Shown here piece by piece: positions 9,225 through 18,301 of a stretch of 64,000 bases of DNA. Each line of letters opens with the position of its first letter. Position 1 is the first letter of the stretch. Both the position numbers and the translations under genes were made by a program. The stretch spans positions 38-64,037 of the forward strand of contig JAHQVJ010000214.1 of NCBI GenBank assembly GCA_019634415.1, read 5' to 3'. Below the pieces are notes generated by a model, which ran no database searches, had not been told where the DNA came from, and was given only the letters and a program-made list of their open reading frames with translations. Source of the DNA: Myxococcales bacterium. GTDB taxonomy: Bacteria; Myxococcota_A; UBA796; GCA-2862545.

Positions 9225-10184
9225 ATGCAGGTCGATCGTCACAGCCTCGCCCGGGAGCTGATCCGCGCGCTGCGGGGGGACCGGTCCCAGGTGCAGCTCA
9301 GCCGTCGCCTGGGGTTCAGCACGAACGCCGTGTACAGCTGGGAGTCGGGACGGCGCTGGCCGTCTGCGTCACGCTTCTTCTTCGTGGCCCAGCGCGTGGG
9401 GATCGACGTGGTCGACGCGCTCGGGCGCTTCTACCCCACGCCGCCGGACTGGCTGCAGCAGGAGCCGGCCACGCCGAGCTGGGTGCTGTCGTTCCTGCAG
9501 GAGCTGCGGGGCACCGTGCCCATCGGGGTGCTGGCGGAGCGCATGGGTCGCAGCCGGTTCACGGTGTCGCGCTGGCTGTCGGGTCGATCGGAGCCGAGGC
9601 TGCCGGATCTGCTCGCGTTGGTGGACGTGGCCAGCCTGCGGCTGCTGGACTTCGTGAGCTGCTTCGTGCCGCCCGACTCCTTGCCCACCACACGCCGCGC
9701 CTGGAGGCGGCTGCAGGCGGCGCGCGAGCTGGCATGGGGCTCTCCCTGGGCCCAGGTGGTGCTGCTGGGCTTGGAGCTCGCCGACTACGCGGCGCTGCCG
9801 GCCCACGACGATGCGTGGCTCGCCCAGCGCCTGGATCTGCCGGAGGAGGAGGTGTCGGAGGCGCTGCGCAGGCTGCGGGCGGCGGGTCAGATCCGGCGGG
9901 TGGGGAGCCACCTCCGGCCGGCGGAGATCCTGTCGGTGGATCTGCGGCGCGCCGGAGCCATCGCCCTCAAGCGACACTGGACGGAGGTGGCGGCCAGGCG
10001 GCTGCAGCACGACGACACGATGGCGTCGTACAACGTGTTCACGGTCTCGGAGCCGGTGCTCGAGCAGATCCGGGAGCTGCAGCGAGCGCACTACCGCGCG
10101 GTGCGGGCGCTGGTGGGGAGCGCTCCGCGCGCGGACCGTGTGGTGCTCATGAACCTGCAGCTGGTGGCGCTCGACCGACCGTGA
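9225..10184 (+). CDS. DUF4423/TIGR02147-like regulator with two N-terminal HTH modules
   Basis: It starts at ATG 9225 after GGAGAGGG. It has two Xre-like HTH segments (SQVQLSRRLGFSTNAVYSWESGRR; IGVLAERMGRSRFTVSRWLSGRS). It is a paralog of 47968..48921. Confidence 0.6.
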   Translation: MQVDRHSLARELIRALRGDRSQVQLSRRLGFSTNAVYSWESGRRWPSASRFFFVAQRVGIDVVDALGRFYPTPPDWLQQEPATPSWVLSFLQELRGTVPIGVLAERMGRSRFTVSRWLSGRSEPRLPDLLALVDVASLRLLDFVSCFVPPDSLPTTRRAWRRLQAARELAWGSPWAQVVLLGLELADYAALPAHDDAWLAQRLDLPEEEVSEALRRLRAAGQIRRVGSHLRPAEILSVDLRRAGAIALKRHWTEVAARRLQHDDTMASYNVFTVSEPVLEQIRELQRAHYRAVRALVGSAPRADRVVLMNLQLVALDRP

Positions 10185-10221
10185 CGGCGACCTCCGCGGG
10201 GGGGCGCTGTACACTCGGTGC

Positions 10222-11679
10222 ATGGCCGAGACGTCCGAGCTGGTGGCGCGCCTGCGCCAGGCGCTGCCCGCGCACGCCGTGATCGACGACCCCGTGGCGC
10301 GCCGCGCCTGGGACACCGACGGGCTCACCATGCATCGCGCGCTGCCGCTGGTGGTCACGCTGCCGGGGAGCACCGCGGAGGTGGTGGCGGTGATGCGGAT
10401 CTGCCACGAGCTGGGCGTGCCCATCGTGCCGCGCGGGGCAGGCACGGGCCTGTCGGGGGGCGCGCTGCCCCACGAGCAGGGGGTCACGGTGGCCCTAAGC
10501 CGCATGAACCGCATCCTCGAGGTCGACCTCGACAACCGCTGCGTGGTGGCGCAGCCCGGCGTCACCAACCTGTCCGTCACCGAGGCGGTGGCGGCGCAGG
10601 GCTACTACTACGCGCCCGATCCCTCCTCGCAGGTGGTGTGCTCGCTCGGCGGCAACGTGGCCGAGAACTCCGGCGGTGTGCACTGCCTGAAGTACGGCCT
10701 GACCACCCACAACCTGCTCGGGGTTCAGCTCGTCACCGTGGACGGCGAGGTGCTGCGGCTGGGCGGCAAGCACCTCGACGCTGCAGGCTACGATCTGCTC
10801 GGCATCGTGACGGGCTCGGAGGGCCTGCTGGGGATCGTGACCGAGGTCACCGTGCGCATCCTCAAGACGCCGGCGGTGGCGCGCGCGCTGCTGCTGGGCT
10901 TCGCCTCGGAAGAGGACGCCGGGGCCTGTGTGGCCGAGGTGATCGGCGCGGGGATCGTGCCCGCCGGCATGGAGATGATGGACCGGCTGGCCATCCAGGC
11001 CGTCGAGGCGTTCTGCGCGCCTGGGTACCCCGCGGACGCTGCAGCGGTGCTGATCGTGGAGCTGGACGGGCCGCAGGTGGAGGTGGACGAGCTGGTGGCG
11101 CAGGTGCAGGCCATCGCCGAGGGCTGCGGTGCCACCTCGGCGCGAGCCAGCGCCGACGAGGCGGAGCGGCATCGCTTCTGGCAGGGCCGCAAGGCGGCGT
11201 TTCCGGCGATGTCACGCATCCAGCCCGACTACTACTGCATGGACGGCACGATCCCGCGCCACCAGCTGCCGGCGGTGCTCGAGCGGATCCGCTCGCTGTC
11301 GGCGGAGCACGGGCTGCAGGTGGCCAACGTGTTCCATGCTGGCGACGGCAACCTGCACCCTCTGGTGCTCTACGACGCGCAGGACCCCGCACAGATCGAG
11401 CGGGCGGAGGCGCTGGGTGCGGACATCCTGCGGGCGTGCGTGGCGGCGGGGGGCGTGCTGTCCGGGGAGCACGGCATCGGCGTGGAGAAGCGGGCGCTGA
11501 TGTCGGAGGTGATGGGGGAGACGGATCTGCGCGTGATGCAGCGGCTGAAGTGCGCCTTCGATCCCGAGGGGCTGCTCAACCCGGGCAAGGTGTTCCCCAC
11601 GCTGCACCGCTGTGCGGAGGGAGGTCGCATGCACGTGCACCACGGCGATCCGCGCCATGCCTCCATCCCGAGGTTCTAG
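10222..11679 (+). CDS. glcD: glycolate oxidase subunit GlcD (FAD-linked oxidase)
   Basis: It is 485 aa with an FAD-binding PCMH domain (PRGAGTGLSGGALP). GlcE- and GlcF-like genes follow with overlapping start/stop codons. Confidence 0.85.
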   Translation: MAETSELVARLRQALPAHAVIDDPVARRAWDTDGLTMHRALPLVVTLPGSTAEVVAVMRICHELGVPIVPRGAGTGLSGGALPHEQGVTVALSRMNRILEVDLDNRCVVAQPGVTNLSVTEAVAAQGYYYAPDPSSQVVCSLGGNVAENSGGVHCLKYGLTTHNLLGVQLVTVDGEVLRLGGKHLDAAGYDLLGIVTGSEGLLGIVTEVTVRILKTPAVARALLLGFASEEDAGACVAEVIGAGIVPAGMEMMDRLAIQAVEAFCAPGYPADAAAVLIVELDGPQVEVDELVAQVQAIAEGCGATSARASADEAERHRFWQGRKAAFPAMSRIQPDYYCMDGTIPRHQLPAVLERIRSLSAEHGLQVANVFHAGDGNLHPLVLYDAQDPAQIERAEALGADILRACVAAGGVLSGEHGIGVEKRALMSEVMGETDLRVMQRLKCAFDPEGLLNPGKVFPTLHRCAEGGRMHVHHGDPRHASIPRF

Positions 11680-12779
11680 TGAAGCAAGCGCGCCTCACGC
11701 CCGCATCGGCCAGCGACGTGGCGGCGGTGCTGACGGACGCGGCGGCGAAGGGCACGCGGCTCGCCGTTCGCGGGGCCGCCACCCGCGACGGCCTGGGGCA
11801 CCCCACCCACGCCGACCGCGTGCTGGATCTGTCGGCGCTCGCGGGGATCGTGGACTACCAGCCGCGGGAGCTGGTGCTCACGGCCCTTCCGGCCACGCCC
11901 CTGGCCGAGATCGAGCAGGCGCTGGCCGCCGAGGGGCAGATGCTGGCCTTCGAGCCCCAGCTGCGAGGCGGCACGCTGGCGGGCGCGTTGGCCACCAACG
12001 ACAGCGGTCCGCGGCGCTTCCGGCTCGGCGCTGCCCGCGACCACCTGCTGGGCTTCGAGGCCGTGAGCGGCAGGGGGGAGGCGTTCGTAGCGGGCGGGCG
12101 CGTGGTGAAGAACGTGACGGGCTACGATCTGTCGAAGCTGATGTGCGGCAGCTACGGCACGCTGGCCGTGCTCACGCTGGTGCACGTGAAGGTGTGGCCC
12201 GCCCCTGCGAGCGTCGCCACGGTGGTGCTCCGCGGCCAGGGGCCAGCGGACGCCCTGCGGTCCTTGGCGCGGGCGGTGGCGAGCCCCCACGACCCCACTG
12301 CGGCCGCCCACGTAGGCGGGGTGACCGCGGTGCGCCTGGAGGGGCCCGAGCGCTCGGTGGCGCACCGAGCCGAGGCGGTGTCGGCGCTGCTCGGTGCCGA
12401 CGAGGTGCTGGACGACGACGCCTCTCGGGCGTGGTGGGCGGCGCTGCGAGACGAGCCGATGGCGGGTAGCGAGGTGTGGCGGGTGTCGCTGCCCCCCACC
12501 GACGCGGCTGCGCTACTGGCAGCCACACAGCCCGATCGCGTGGCCATCGACCAGGCCGGGGGCCGGCTGTGGCTGGGCTACGACGGCGTGGGACCCGACG
12601 TGCGCGGCCTGCTGCGCGCGGGGCACGCCACGCTTGTGGTGGCACCGCCTGTGCGCAAGGAGGCGGTGGGGGTGTTCCACCCACGGCCAGCGGCGGTGGC
12701 GGCCCTCGAGCGCCGGGTGAAGGCGCAGTTCGATCCCTCTGGGATCCTGGAGCCGGATCGCATGGGGAGGCAGGCGTGA
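11679..12779 (+). CDS. glcE: glycolate oxidase FAD-binding subunit GlcE
   Basis: GTG 11679 overlaps the glcD TAG by 1 nt. It has an FAD-binding domain (LAVRGAATRDGLG ... VVKNVTGYDLSKLMCGSYGTLAVL). It is the 3' part of the shadow-extended ORF 10218..12779. Confidence 0.75.
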   Translation: MKQARLTPASASDVAAVLTDAAAKGTRLAVRGAATRDGLGHPTHADRVLDLSALAGIVDYQPRELVLTALPATPLAEIEQALAAEGQMLAFEPQLRGGTLAGALATNDSGPRRFRLGAARDHLLGFEAVSGRGEAFVAGGRVVKNVTGYDLSKLMCGSYGTLAVLTLVHVKVWPAPASVATVVLRGQGPADALRSLARAVASPHDPTAAAHVGGVTAVRLEGPERSVAHRAEAVSALLGADEVLDDDASRAWWAALRDEPMAGSEVWRVSLPPTDAAALLAATQPDRVAIDQAGGRLWLGYDGVGPDVRGLLRAGHATLVVAPPVRKEAVGVFHPRPAAVAALERRVKAQFDPSGILEPDRMGRQA

Positions 12780-14050
12780 GGACGCGGTTCACCGAGGCGC
12801 AGCTTGGCGATCCCGATCTGGCGGTGGCGGCCGAGCAGCTGCGCAGCTGCGTGCACTGTGGCTTCTGCCTGCCTGCGTGCCCCACCTACGCCGTGACGGG
12901 CAACGAGCTCGACAGCCCCCGCGGTCGGATCGTGCTCATGCAGGAGCTGCTGCAGTCCGAGGAGGTGGGGCCGGCGGTGGTGACCCACCTCGATCGCTGC
13001 CTGTCCTGCCTGGCTTGCCAGACGGTGTGCCCCTCGGGCGTGGACTACATGCACCTGGTGGACCACGCGCGGGCCCGCATCGAGGCTGCGCCTGCTCGCA
13101 GCGCGCTGCAGCGGTGGCAGCGCGCGGTGCTCGGCTGGCTGCTGCCTCGTCCGGCGGCGTTCCGGTGGGCGCTGGTGGGGCTGCCCCTGGGTCGCGCGCT
13201 GTCGCCGCTGCTGCCTGCGTGGATGCGCAGCTGGCTGCAGCTGGCTCCGGCGCAGCGCATCCGCCGCTTCGATCCGGCCGGGGCGGGGGTGGCTGCTCCC
13301 GTGGTGGCGCCCGAGCAGCCGCAGGTGGCGCTGCTGGTGGGCTGCGTGCAGTCGGTGCTGGATGCCGACGTGCACGACGCCACCGTGCGGGTGCTGCAAT
13401 CCTTGGGCGCACGCGTGGTGCAGATCCGCGGCCTGGGGTGCTGCGGTGCGGTGGCGCACCACCTGGGCCAGCACCAGACGACGGTCGAGCGCGTGCGCGC
13501 CAACGTGGCTGCGCTGCAGCCCCACCTCGAGCACCTGCAGGCGGTGGTGAGCACGGTGTCGGGCTGCGGCACCATGCTCGAGGACTACGCCCACCTGCTG
13601 CGCGACGACCCGCTGGCCCCAGCCGCCGCCCGGGTGTCGGAGCTGTCGATGGACGTGCTGGAGGTGGTTCAGCTCCTGGGGCTTCCCGAGGATGCCGTGG
13701 CCCCCGAGCCGAAGCGCGTGGCCTACCACGCAGCCTGCAGCTTGCAGCACGGCCAGGGCGTGCGGTCGCTGCCCGTGGAGCTGCTGCGCGGGCTCGGGCA
13801 CACCGTGGTGCAGCCGGCCGACGCACACCTCTGCTGCGGATCCGCCGGCACCTACAACCTGCTGCAGCCCGAGCTCGCAGCGCAGCTGGGGGACCGCAAG
13901 GCGGAGGCGCTGCGGGCCGTGGCTGCAGACGTGATCGCGGCTGGGAACGTGGGCTGTGCGCTGCAGATCGGCGGGCGGGTGGCGGTGGCGGTGCGCCACC
14001 CCATCCAGCTGATCGACGATGCCCTCGAGACACGACGGCCGCCTGGATGA
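12776..14050 (+). CDS. glcF: glycolate oxidase iron-sulfur subunit GlcF
   Basis: GTG 12776 overlaps the glcE TGA (GTGA). It has two 4Fe-4S motifs (CVHCGFCLPACP and CLSCLACQTVCP) followed by Cys-rich CCG-type repeats. Confidence 0.8.
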   Translation: MRTRFTEAQLGDPDLAVAAEQLRSCVHCGFCLPACPTYAVTGNELDSPRGRIVLMQELLQSEEVGPAVVTHLDRCLSCLACQTVCPSGVDYMHLVDHARARIEAAPARSALQRWQRAVLGWLLPRPAAFRWALVGLPLGRALSPLLPAWMRSWLQLAPAQRIRRFDPAGAGVAAPVVAPEQPQVALLVGCVQSVLDADVHDATVRVLQSLGARVVQIRGLGCCGAVAHHLGQHQTTVERVRANVAALQPHLEHLQAVVSTVSGCGTMLEDYAHLLRDDPLAPAAARVSELSMDVLEVVQLLGLPEDAVAPEPKRVAYHAACSLQHGQGVRSLPVELLRGLGHTVVQPADAHLCCGSAGTYNLLQPELAAQLGDRKAEALRAVAADVIAAGNVGCALQIGGRVAVAVRHPIQLIDDALETRRPPG

Positions 14051-14080
14051 CGCGCACGCTCGAGCTGTCCGATGTGACGG

Positions 14081-14491
14081 TCAGGGCCAGGCCGCCAGGA
14101 TCGTGGAGATCGCCAGGATCATCGCCACCTGACTGCCGCCGGCGATGGCCGCCACGCGCCACCGCTTCAGGAAGGCCTGGCCCGGAAGGATGGTGGCCAT
14201 GGCGAAGCCCACGGCCACGAACAGCCCGATGCCCAGGCCACCCGCCACCCCCTCGATGCCCACCATCCGGTGCAGCACCGCCAGCGACAGCGTGAGCGCC
14301 ACCGTGCACAGCAGCTGGACCCCGTAGGTGTAGCCGGGCACCTCTGCGGTGTGCTGCTGCCGTGACTCGGCACCGTACTCCTGCGCCCATGGGTCGCCGA
14401 ACAGCACCGTGAACCACAGCGTCGACAGGATCTGACCCGCGATGATGCTGACGACGACGGCCAAGACGTTGATCTGGGAGACGTACTCCAT
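14081..14491 (-). CDS. DUF1761-like small membrane protein
   Basis: It is 136 aa with four hydrophobic helices and a WFTVLFGDPW motif. GGAGAG precedes ATG 14491. It is a paralog of 60219..60623. Confidence 0.6.
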   Translation of the reverse strand: MEYVSQINVLAVVVSIIAGQILSTLWFTVLFGDPWAQEYGAESRQQHTAEVPGYTYGVQLLCTVALTLSLAVLHRMVGIEGVAGGLGIGLFVAVGFAMATILPGQAFLKRWRVAAIAGGSQVAMILAISTILAAWP

Positions 14492-14540
14492 GGGGCTCTC
14501 CGGGGGAATGCGGTTGTCCGTGGGACGCCCCGACTCTATG

Positions 14541-14603
14541 ATTGATGCGAATAGAGAACAATAGCGGCGATTTCATCAATGTTAATATTGATTCAGCATC
14601 AAT
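14541..14603. promoter_or_regulatory. AT-rich divergent promoter/operator region with four ATTGAT/ATCAAT half-sites (LysR box candidate)
   Basis: The half-sites are ATTGAT 14541-46, ATCAAT 14575-80, ATTGAT 14587-92 and ATCAAT 14598-603. The middle pair forms ATCAAT-N6-ATTGAT. Confidence 0.4.
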
Positions 14604-15519
14604 GAGCGTGGATCCGCAGGACGTGCTGGTCTTCGCGGAGGTGGTGCGGGCTCGCGGCTTCAGTGCTGCGGCTCGTCATCTCGATCTGCCGCAGTCGGCG
14701 GTGAGCCGGCGGGTGAAGCGGCTCGAGGAGTCGCTGGGCTGCAAGCTGCTGAACCGGACCACCCGACGAGTGGGGCTCACACCGGCGGGCCGGGTGTACT
14801 TCGAGCACGTGGCACGCGTGCCGCGGCTGCTCGACGAGGCCACCAAGGCGGTGCAGGCCATCGGCTCCACCCCCACGGGCACGCTGCGAGTGGCGGCGCC
14901 GCCGGAGGACGGAGGCGTGATCTGGGACACGCTGCGCGGCTTCGTGATGAACCACCCCGACGTGGAGCTCGAGGTGCTGCACTCGCTGGACTACGTGGAT
15001 CTGATCGACGCCGAGATCGACGTGGCGCTGCGCGGGGGCGCCCCTCCGGACTCGCCGGATCTGGTGGTGCACCAGCTGTGGGACTCCCGCATGCTGCTGG
15101 TGGCGAGCCCCGAGTACCTGGAGCGCAAGGGCACGCCCCTGCGCGTGGAGGAGCTGTCGCGCCACGACGGGGTGTGCATGGACGGCTGGGCACCCAACGC
15201 GCTGAAGCGGCTGTCGGGGGACCGCGGGCCGGTGCGGGTGACCATGCGCAACCGCGTGCGCTCCAACAGCCTCACCACGGCGCGAAACGCCGCACTGGAC
15301 GGCCTGGGGATAGCTCCTCTGCTGGAGCTCACGTGCCAGGGCGATCTGGACCGGGGCGCGCTGGTGGAGGTACTGCGGGGGGCCCTACCCATGTCGGCCA
15401 AGGGCTGGTACGTGTACCCGGTGGCCCGTAATCGCTCGGCGGCTGCCCAGGCACTGATCGGGCATCTCGGGGCGGTGGCGGCGGAGAACCTGGCAACGTC
15501 GCGACAGCCGGCGATGTGA
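14602..15519 (+). CDS. LysR-family transcriptional regulator
   Basis: I trimmed the start to ATG 14602 (MSVDPQDVLVFAEVVRARGFSAAARHLDLPQSAVSRRVKRLE), which gives the canonical LysR N-terminal HTH. It is divergent from the DUF1761 gene. Confidence 0.85.
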   Translation: MSVDPQDVLVFAEVVRARGFSAAARHLDLPQSAVSRRVKRLEESLGCKLLNRTTRRVGLTPAGRVYFEHVARVPRLLDEATKAVQAIGSTPTGTLRVAAPPEDGGVIWDTLRGFVMNHPDVELEVLHSLDYVDLIDAEIDVALRGGAPPDSPDLVVHQLWDSRMLLVASPEYLERKGTPLRVEELSRHDGVCMDGWAPNALKRLSGDRGPVRVTMRNRVRSNSLTTARNAALDGLGIAPLLELTCQGDLDRGALVEVLRGALPMSAKGWYVYPVARNRSAAAQALIGHLGAVAAENLATSRQPAM

Positions 15520-15627
15520 GTCCCAACCCAGCCCCCAACTCGGCGAAGTGGCTGTGGACCCATAAGTACACCCGCGGGCATCTCCGAGAGATGACCCCGA
15601 GGTCTCACGCTCTGGTCAGGAGTCACC

Positions 15628-16653
15628 ATGCTTCCCCTCGTCGCTGCTCTGGCGACGGCCACGCCGTCCGAGCCAGCCGATGTGTCCGCGTTGAGCACCC
15701 GAGTGATGGCTCATCACAATGGCCACTCCGATGACCCAGGGCTGGTCGCGGCACTCGATGCCCACGTGTCGGCGCACCCGGAGGATCCCGTCGGCCACAT
15801 GTGGAGAGCCCTCTTCTCTGCTCGGGCCGAGGAGTGGAACACAGCACTGACCCACAGCCGCCTCGCCTGTGAACGAGCGCCGAGCTGGGCCACCGCTCGG
15901 CGTGTCCGAGTCGTTGCGCTGGCGGGCGCGGGTCGGTGGGATGACGTCGTCAGCGACGTCGCGCTCCTCCCCGTCGAGGAGCGCAGGCGTTGGATGGGGC
16001 CTGCACTCGCCGAGGCTGGACGGTGGTCCGAGGCCGAAGCTGCTGTTCGGACACTGCTCCAGCAAGACGATCTGCTGCCCGCCATCGCCCACCAGCTCAC
16101 GCGCTGGCACGCCGCCATGCACGTTCACCAGGGCAACGTGGACGCGGCCAAGGCCATCTGGAAGAGCACCGACGCAGCGGGGTCTGGAGAGGAAGCTGGG
16201 TTCTGGTACCAGCACCACCATTGGAAGCTGGCCGTCGCGGTCTGGACCGCCATGGGAGCGTCAGGTGACATGGCGGCCTTCAACAACGCTGCCTGGGTGC
16301 TGGCCACCGCCCCCGACGAGTCCGCACGCGATGGCGAGCGCGCGGTCCGATTGGTCCGGCGGGCGCTGGCCACCAATGCCGACGCAGTCAACTGGCGGCA
16401 CACCCTCGGGGCAGCGCTGGCGGCCGCCGGCGACTTCGACCAGGCCATCGCCGAGCTGCAGGCGCTCTACGACCGCGGGAAATACCGTGGCAGCATCGAC
16501 AGCGTGTTCCCCGAGATCCGAGACTACCAGGCCCGTCAGCTGCGGACGAACACGCCCAAGCACGGGGCTCACTGGGACTTCTCGGAGCTCCTCCAGGTCA
16601 TCCACCCGCCGTGCGACTCCAGCTGGGCAATCCAAGGCCAACCCTGCTCGTAG
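15628..16653 (+). CDS. TPR-like repeat protein (hypothetical)
   Basis: It is 341 aa and helical, with Ala/Trp-rich repeats (AAFNNAAWVLATAPD ... GDFDQAIAELQALYD). A/T-ending codons are visibly more frequent than in its neighbours. Confidence 0.5.
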   Translation: MLPLVAALATATPSEPADVSALSTRVMAHHNGHSDDPGLVAALDAHVSAHPEDPVGHMWRALFSARAEEWNTALTHSRLACERAPSWATARRVRVVALAGAGRWDDVVSDVALLPVEERRRWMGPALAEAGRWSEAEAAVRTLLQQDDLLPAIAHQLTRWHAAMHVHQGNVDAAKAIWKSTDAAGSGEEAGFWYQHHHWKLAVAVWTAMGASGDMAAFNNAAWVLATAPDESARDGERAVRLVRRALATNADAVNWRHTLGAALAAAGDFDQAIAELQALYDRGKYRGSIDSVFPEIRDYQARQLRTNTPKHGAHWDFSELLQVIHPPCDSSWAIQGQPCS

Positions 16654-16695
16654 TTCCATGCTCGGCGGCCCGGCTGTCGGAGCCGTCACGCAGTG

Positions 16696-18204
16696 TCAGA
16701 CAGGTCGCGTGACCCGGTTGGGTGCCGTGGAGAAGGCCAGGGCGCCGCTGGAGGAGCCGTCGCCGGAAAACGCCCACAGGTCCACCAGATAGTTCTGGTG
16801 GATGCGCCAGGGGGCCCTCGTGCCTTGGCGAGGCAGCTCGTCGGCGGCGCGCTTCACGTAGGTGGAGGTCAGGGAGAGCAGCGGCTCCTCCGAGGGCTCC
16901 CCCGCCTCGGGCATGCAGGTGGTGAAGCCGTGCTGGTCCATGTGCTGGAGCAGCCGGCAGACGTGGGCCGCCACGAGCTCGCACCTGAGCGTCCACGAGG
17001 CGTTGGTGTAGCCAAGCGAGGCCGCCAGGTTCGGCACGCCGCTGCACATCACTCCGCGGTAGGTCATCGTGTCGGCCAGGCGCACGGGCTCGCCGTCGAC
17101 CACGAGCGCCACGCCGTCGAGCAGCTTCAGGCGAAGCCCCGTGGCCGTGACCACCAGGTCGGCGGCGAGGTGCTCCCCCGAGGCCAGGGTGAGACCGTCC
17201 TTCGTGAAGGAGGTGAGCTGATCCGTCACCACCGACGCCCGGCCCGACTGCAGCTCTCGGAACAGATCGCCGTCGGGGGCGACGCACAGCCGCTGGTCCC
17301 AGGGATCGTAGGGCGGATCGAAGTGGGCATCGAGGTGATCGGGCTCGGCGGCCCCCAGGTCCGTCAACACTTGCTTGCGGGCCAGCCCGATCAGCCGTCG
17401 CATGAGCTGCGGCCGCCACCGCGACAGCTGGTACCAGAACATCTGGCGCCCGATGTTGCGCCAGCGAACCAACCGATGGGCGAGCGAAGTCGGCAGCGCG
17501 CGATGTGCGGCGTGGGCGAGGCGGTCCTGGCCGGGCTGAGGCACCACGTAGCTCGGCGTGCGCTGCAGCATGGTGACGTGGGCGGCGCGCTCGGTGAGCG
17601 CGGGGATCAGGCTCACCGCGGTGGCGCCGCTGCCGACCACCACCACCCGCTGGTCGGTCCAGTCCAGATCCTGCGGCCAGTGCTGCGGATGCACGATCTG
17701 GCCCTCGAAGGACTCCTGACCAGGCCAGGTGGGGCTGTGGCCTCGGTCGTAGGTGTAGTAGCCGGTGCAGGCGTAGAGGAAGCTGCAGGTGATCCGGGTG
17801 GGAGACTGGCCCGTGCGCTCCACCGTGACGGTCCAGGTGCCCGACTCGCTCGACCAGGCCGCGCGCACCATGCGGTGGCCGAAGCGGATGTGCTGGTCGA
17901 TGCCGAAGGCCTTCGCGGTGGACTCGATGTAGTCGCGGATGGCTGCACCGTCGGCGAAGGTGGCGCCGCTCCCCCAGGGCCGGAAGCTGTAGCCCAAGGT
18001 GAACATGTCGGAGTCGGACCGAACGCCGGGGTAGCGGAACAGATCCCAGGTGCCGCCGATGGCCTGCCGCGCCTCCAGGATCGCGTAGGAGCGGTCTGGG
18101 CAGCGCTGCTGCAGGTGGTAGGCGGCGGCGATCCCCGACAGACCTGCCCCCACGATGAGCACGTCGACGTGCTGCTCGACGCCTGGCTCGTGTGCGCTGA
18201 CCAC
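16696..18204 (-). CDS. flavin-containing (Baeyer-Villiger type) monooxygenase
   Basis: It has GxGxxG (VLIVGAGLSG), a BVMO fingerprint (FEGQIVHPQHWP), and a second Rossmann motif (VVGSGATAV). I placed the start at GTG 18204, 8 nt after GGAGG; GTG 18213 is an alternative. Confidence 0.8.
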   Translation of the reverse strand: MVSAHEPGVEQHVDVLIVGAGLSGIAAAYHLQQRCPDRSYAILEARQAIGGTWDLFRYPGVRSDSDMFTLGYSFRPWGSGATFADGAAIRDYIESTAKAFGIDQHIRFGHRMVRAAWSSESGTWTVTVERTGQSPTRITCSFLYACTGYYTYDRGHSPTWPGQESFEGQIVHPQHWPQDLDWTDQRVVVVGSGATAVSLIPALTERAAHVTMLQRTPSYVVPQPGQDRLAHAAHRALPTSLAHRLVRWRNIGRQMFWYQLSRWRPQLMRRLIGLARKQVLTDLGAAEPDHLDAHFDPPYDPWDQRLCVAPDGDLFRELQSGRASVVTDQLTSFTKDGLTLASGEHLAADLVVTATGLRLKLLDGVALVVDGEPVRLADTMTYRGVMCSGVPNLAASLGYTNASWTLRCELVAAHVCRLLQHMDQHGFTTCMPEAGEPSEEPLLSLTSTYVKRAADELPRQGTRAPWRIHQNYLVDLWAFSGDGSSSGALAFSTAPNRVTRPV

Positions 18205-18226
18205 CCTGGTCACCTCCTCGGTGCGG

Positions 18227-18290
18227 CTGGTACCGGCGGGTACCAGCTGTGGATCGGATACCGTGTCGCGGGTGGTACTGTCAAGTACCA
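18227..18290. promoter_or_regulatory. two related palindromes (TetR operator candidates) between monooxygenase and TetR genes
   Basis: The palindromes are CTGGTACC-GGCG-GGTACCAG (18227..18246) and TGGTACT-GTCA-AGTACCA (18273..18290). They share the half-site TGGTAC. Confidence 0.45.
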
Positions 18291-18301
18291 GTGGGGAGTA
18301 G

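Noticed and set aside
6937-9261. 774-aa plus-strand ORF
   Set aside because: It is antisense to the SxxK serine hydrolase (7264..9114) and to the lipoprotein gene. The composition is Gly/Ala/Arg/His-rich and it carries no motif.
12578-14579. 473-aa and 547-aa minus-strand ORFs over glcF
   Set aside because: glcF on the plus strand carries two clean 4Fe-4S motifs and is coupled to glcE. The minus frames are Pro/Arg/Ala runs.
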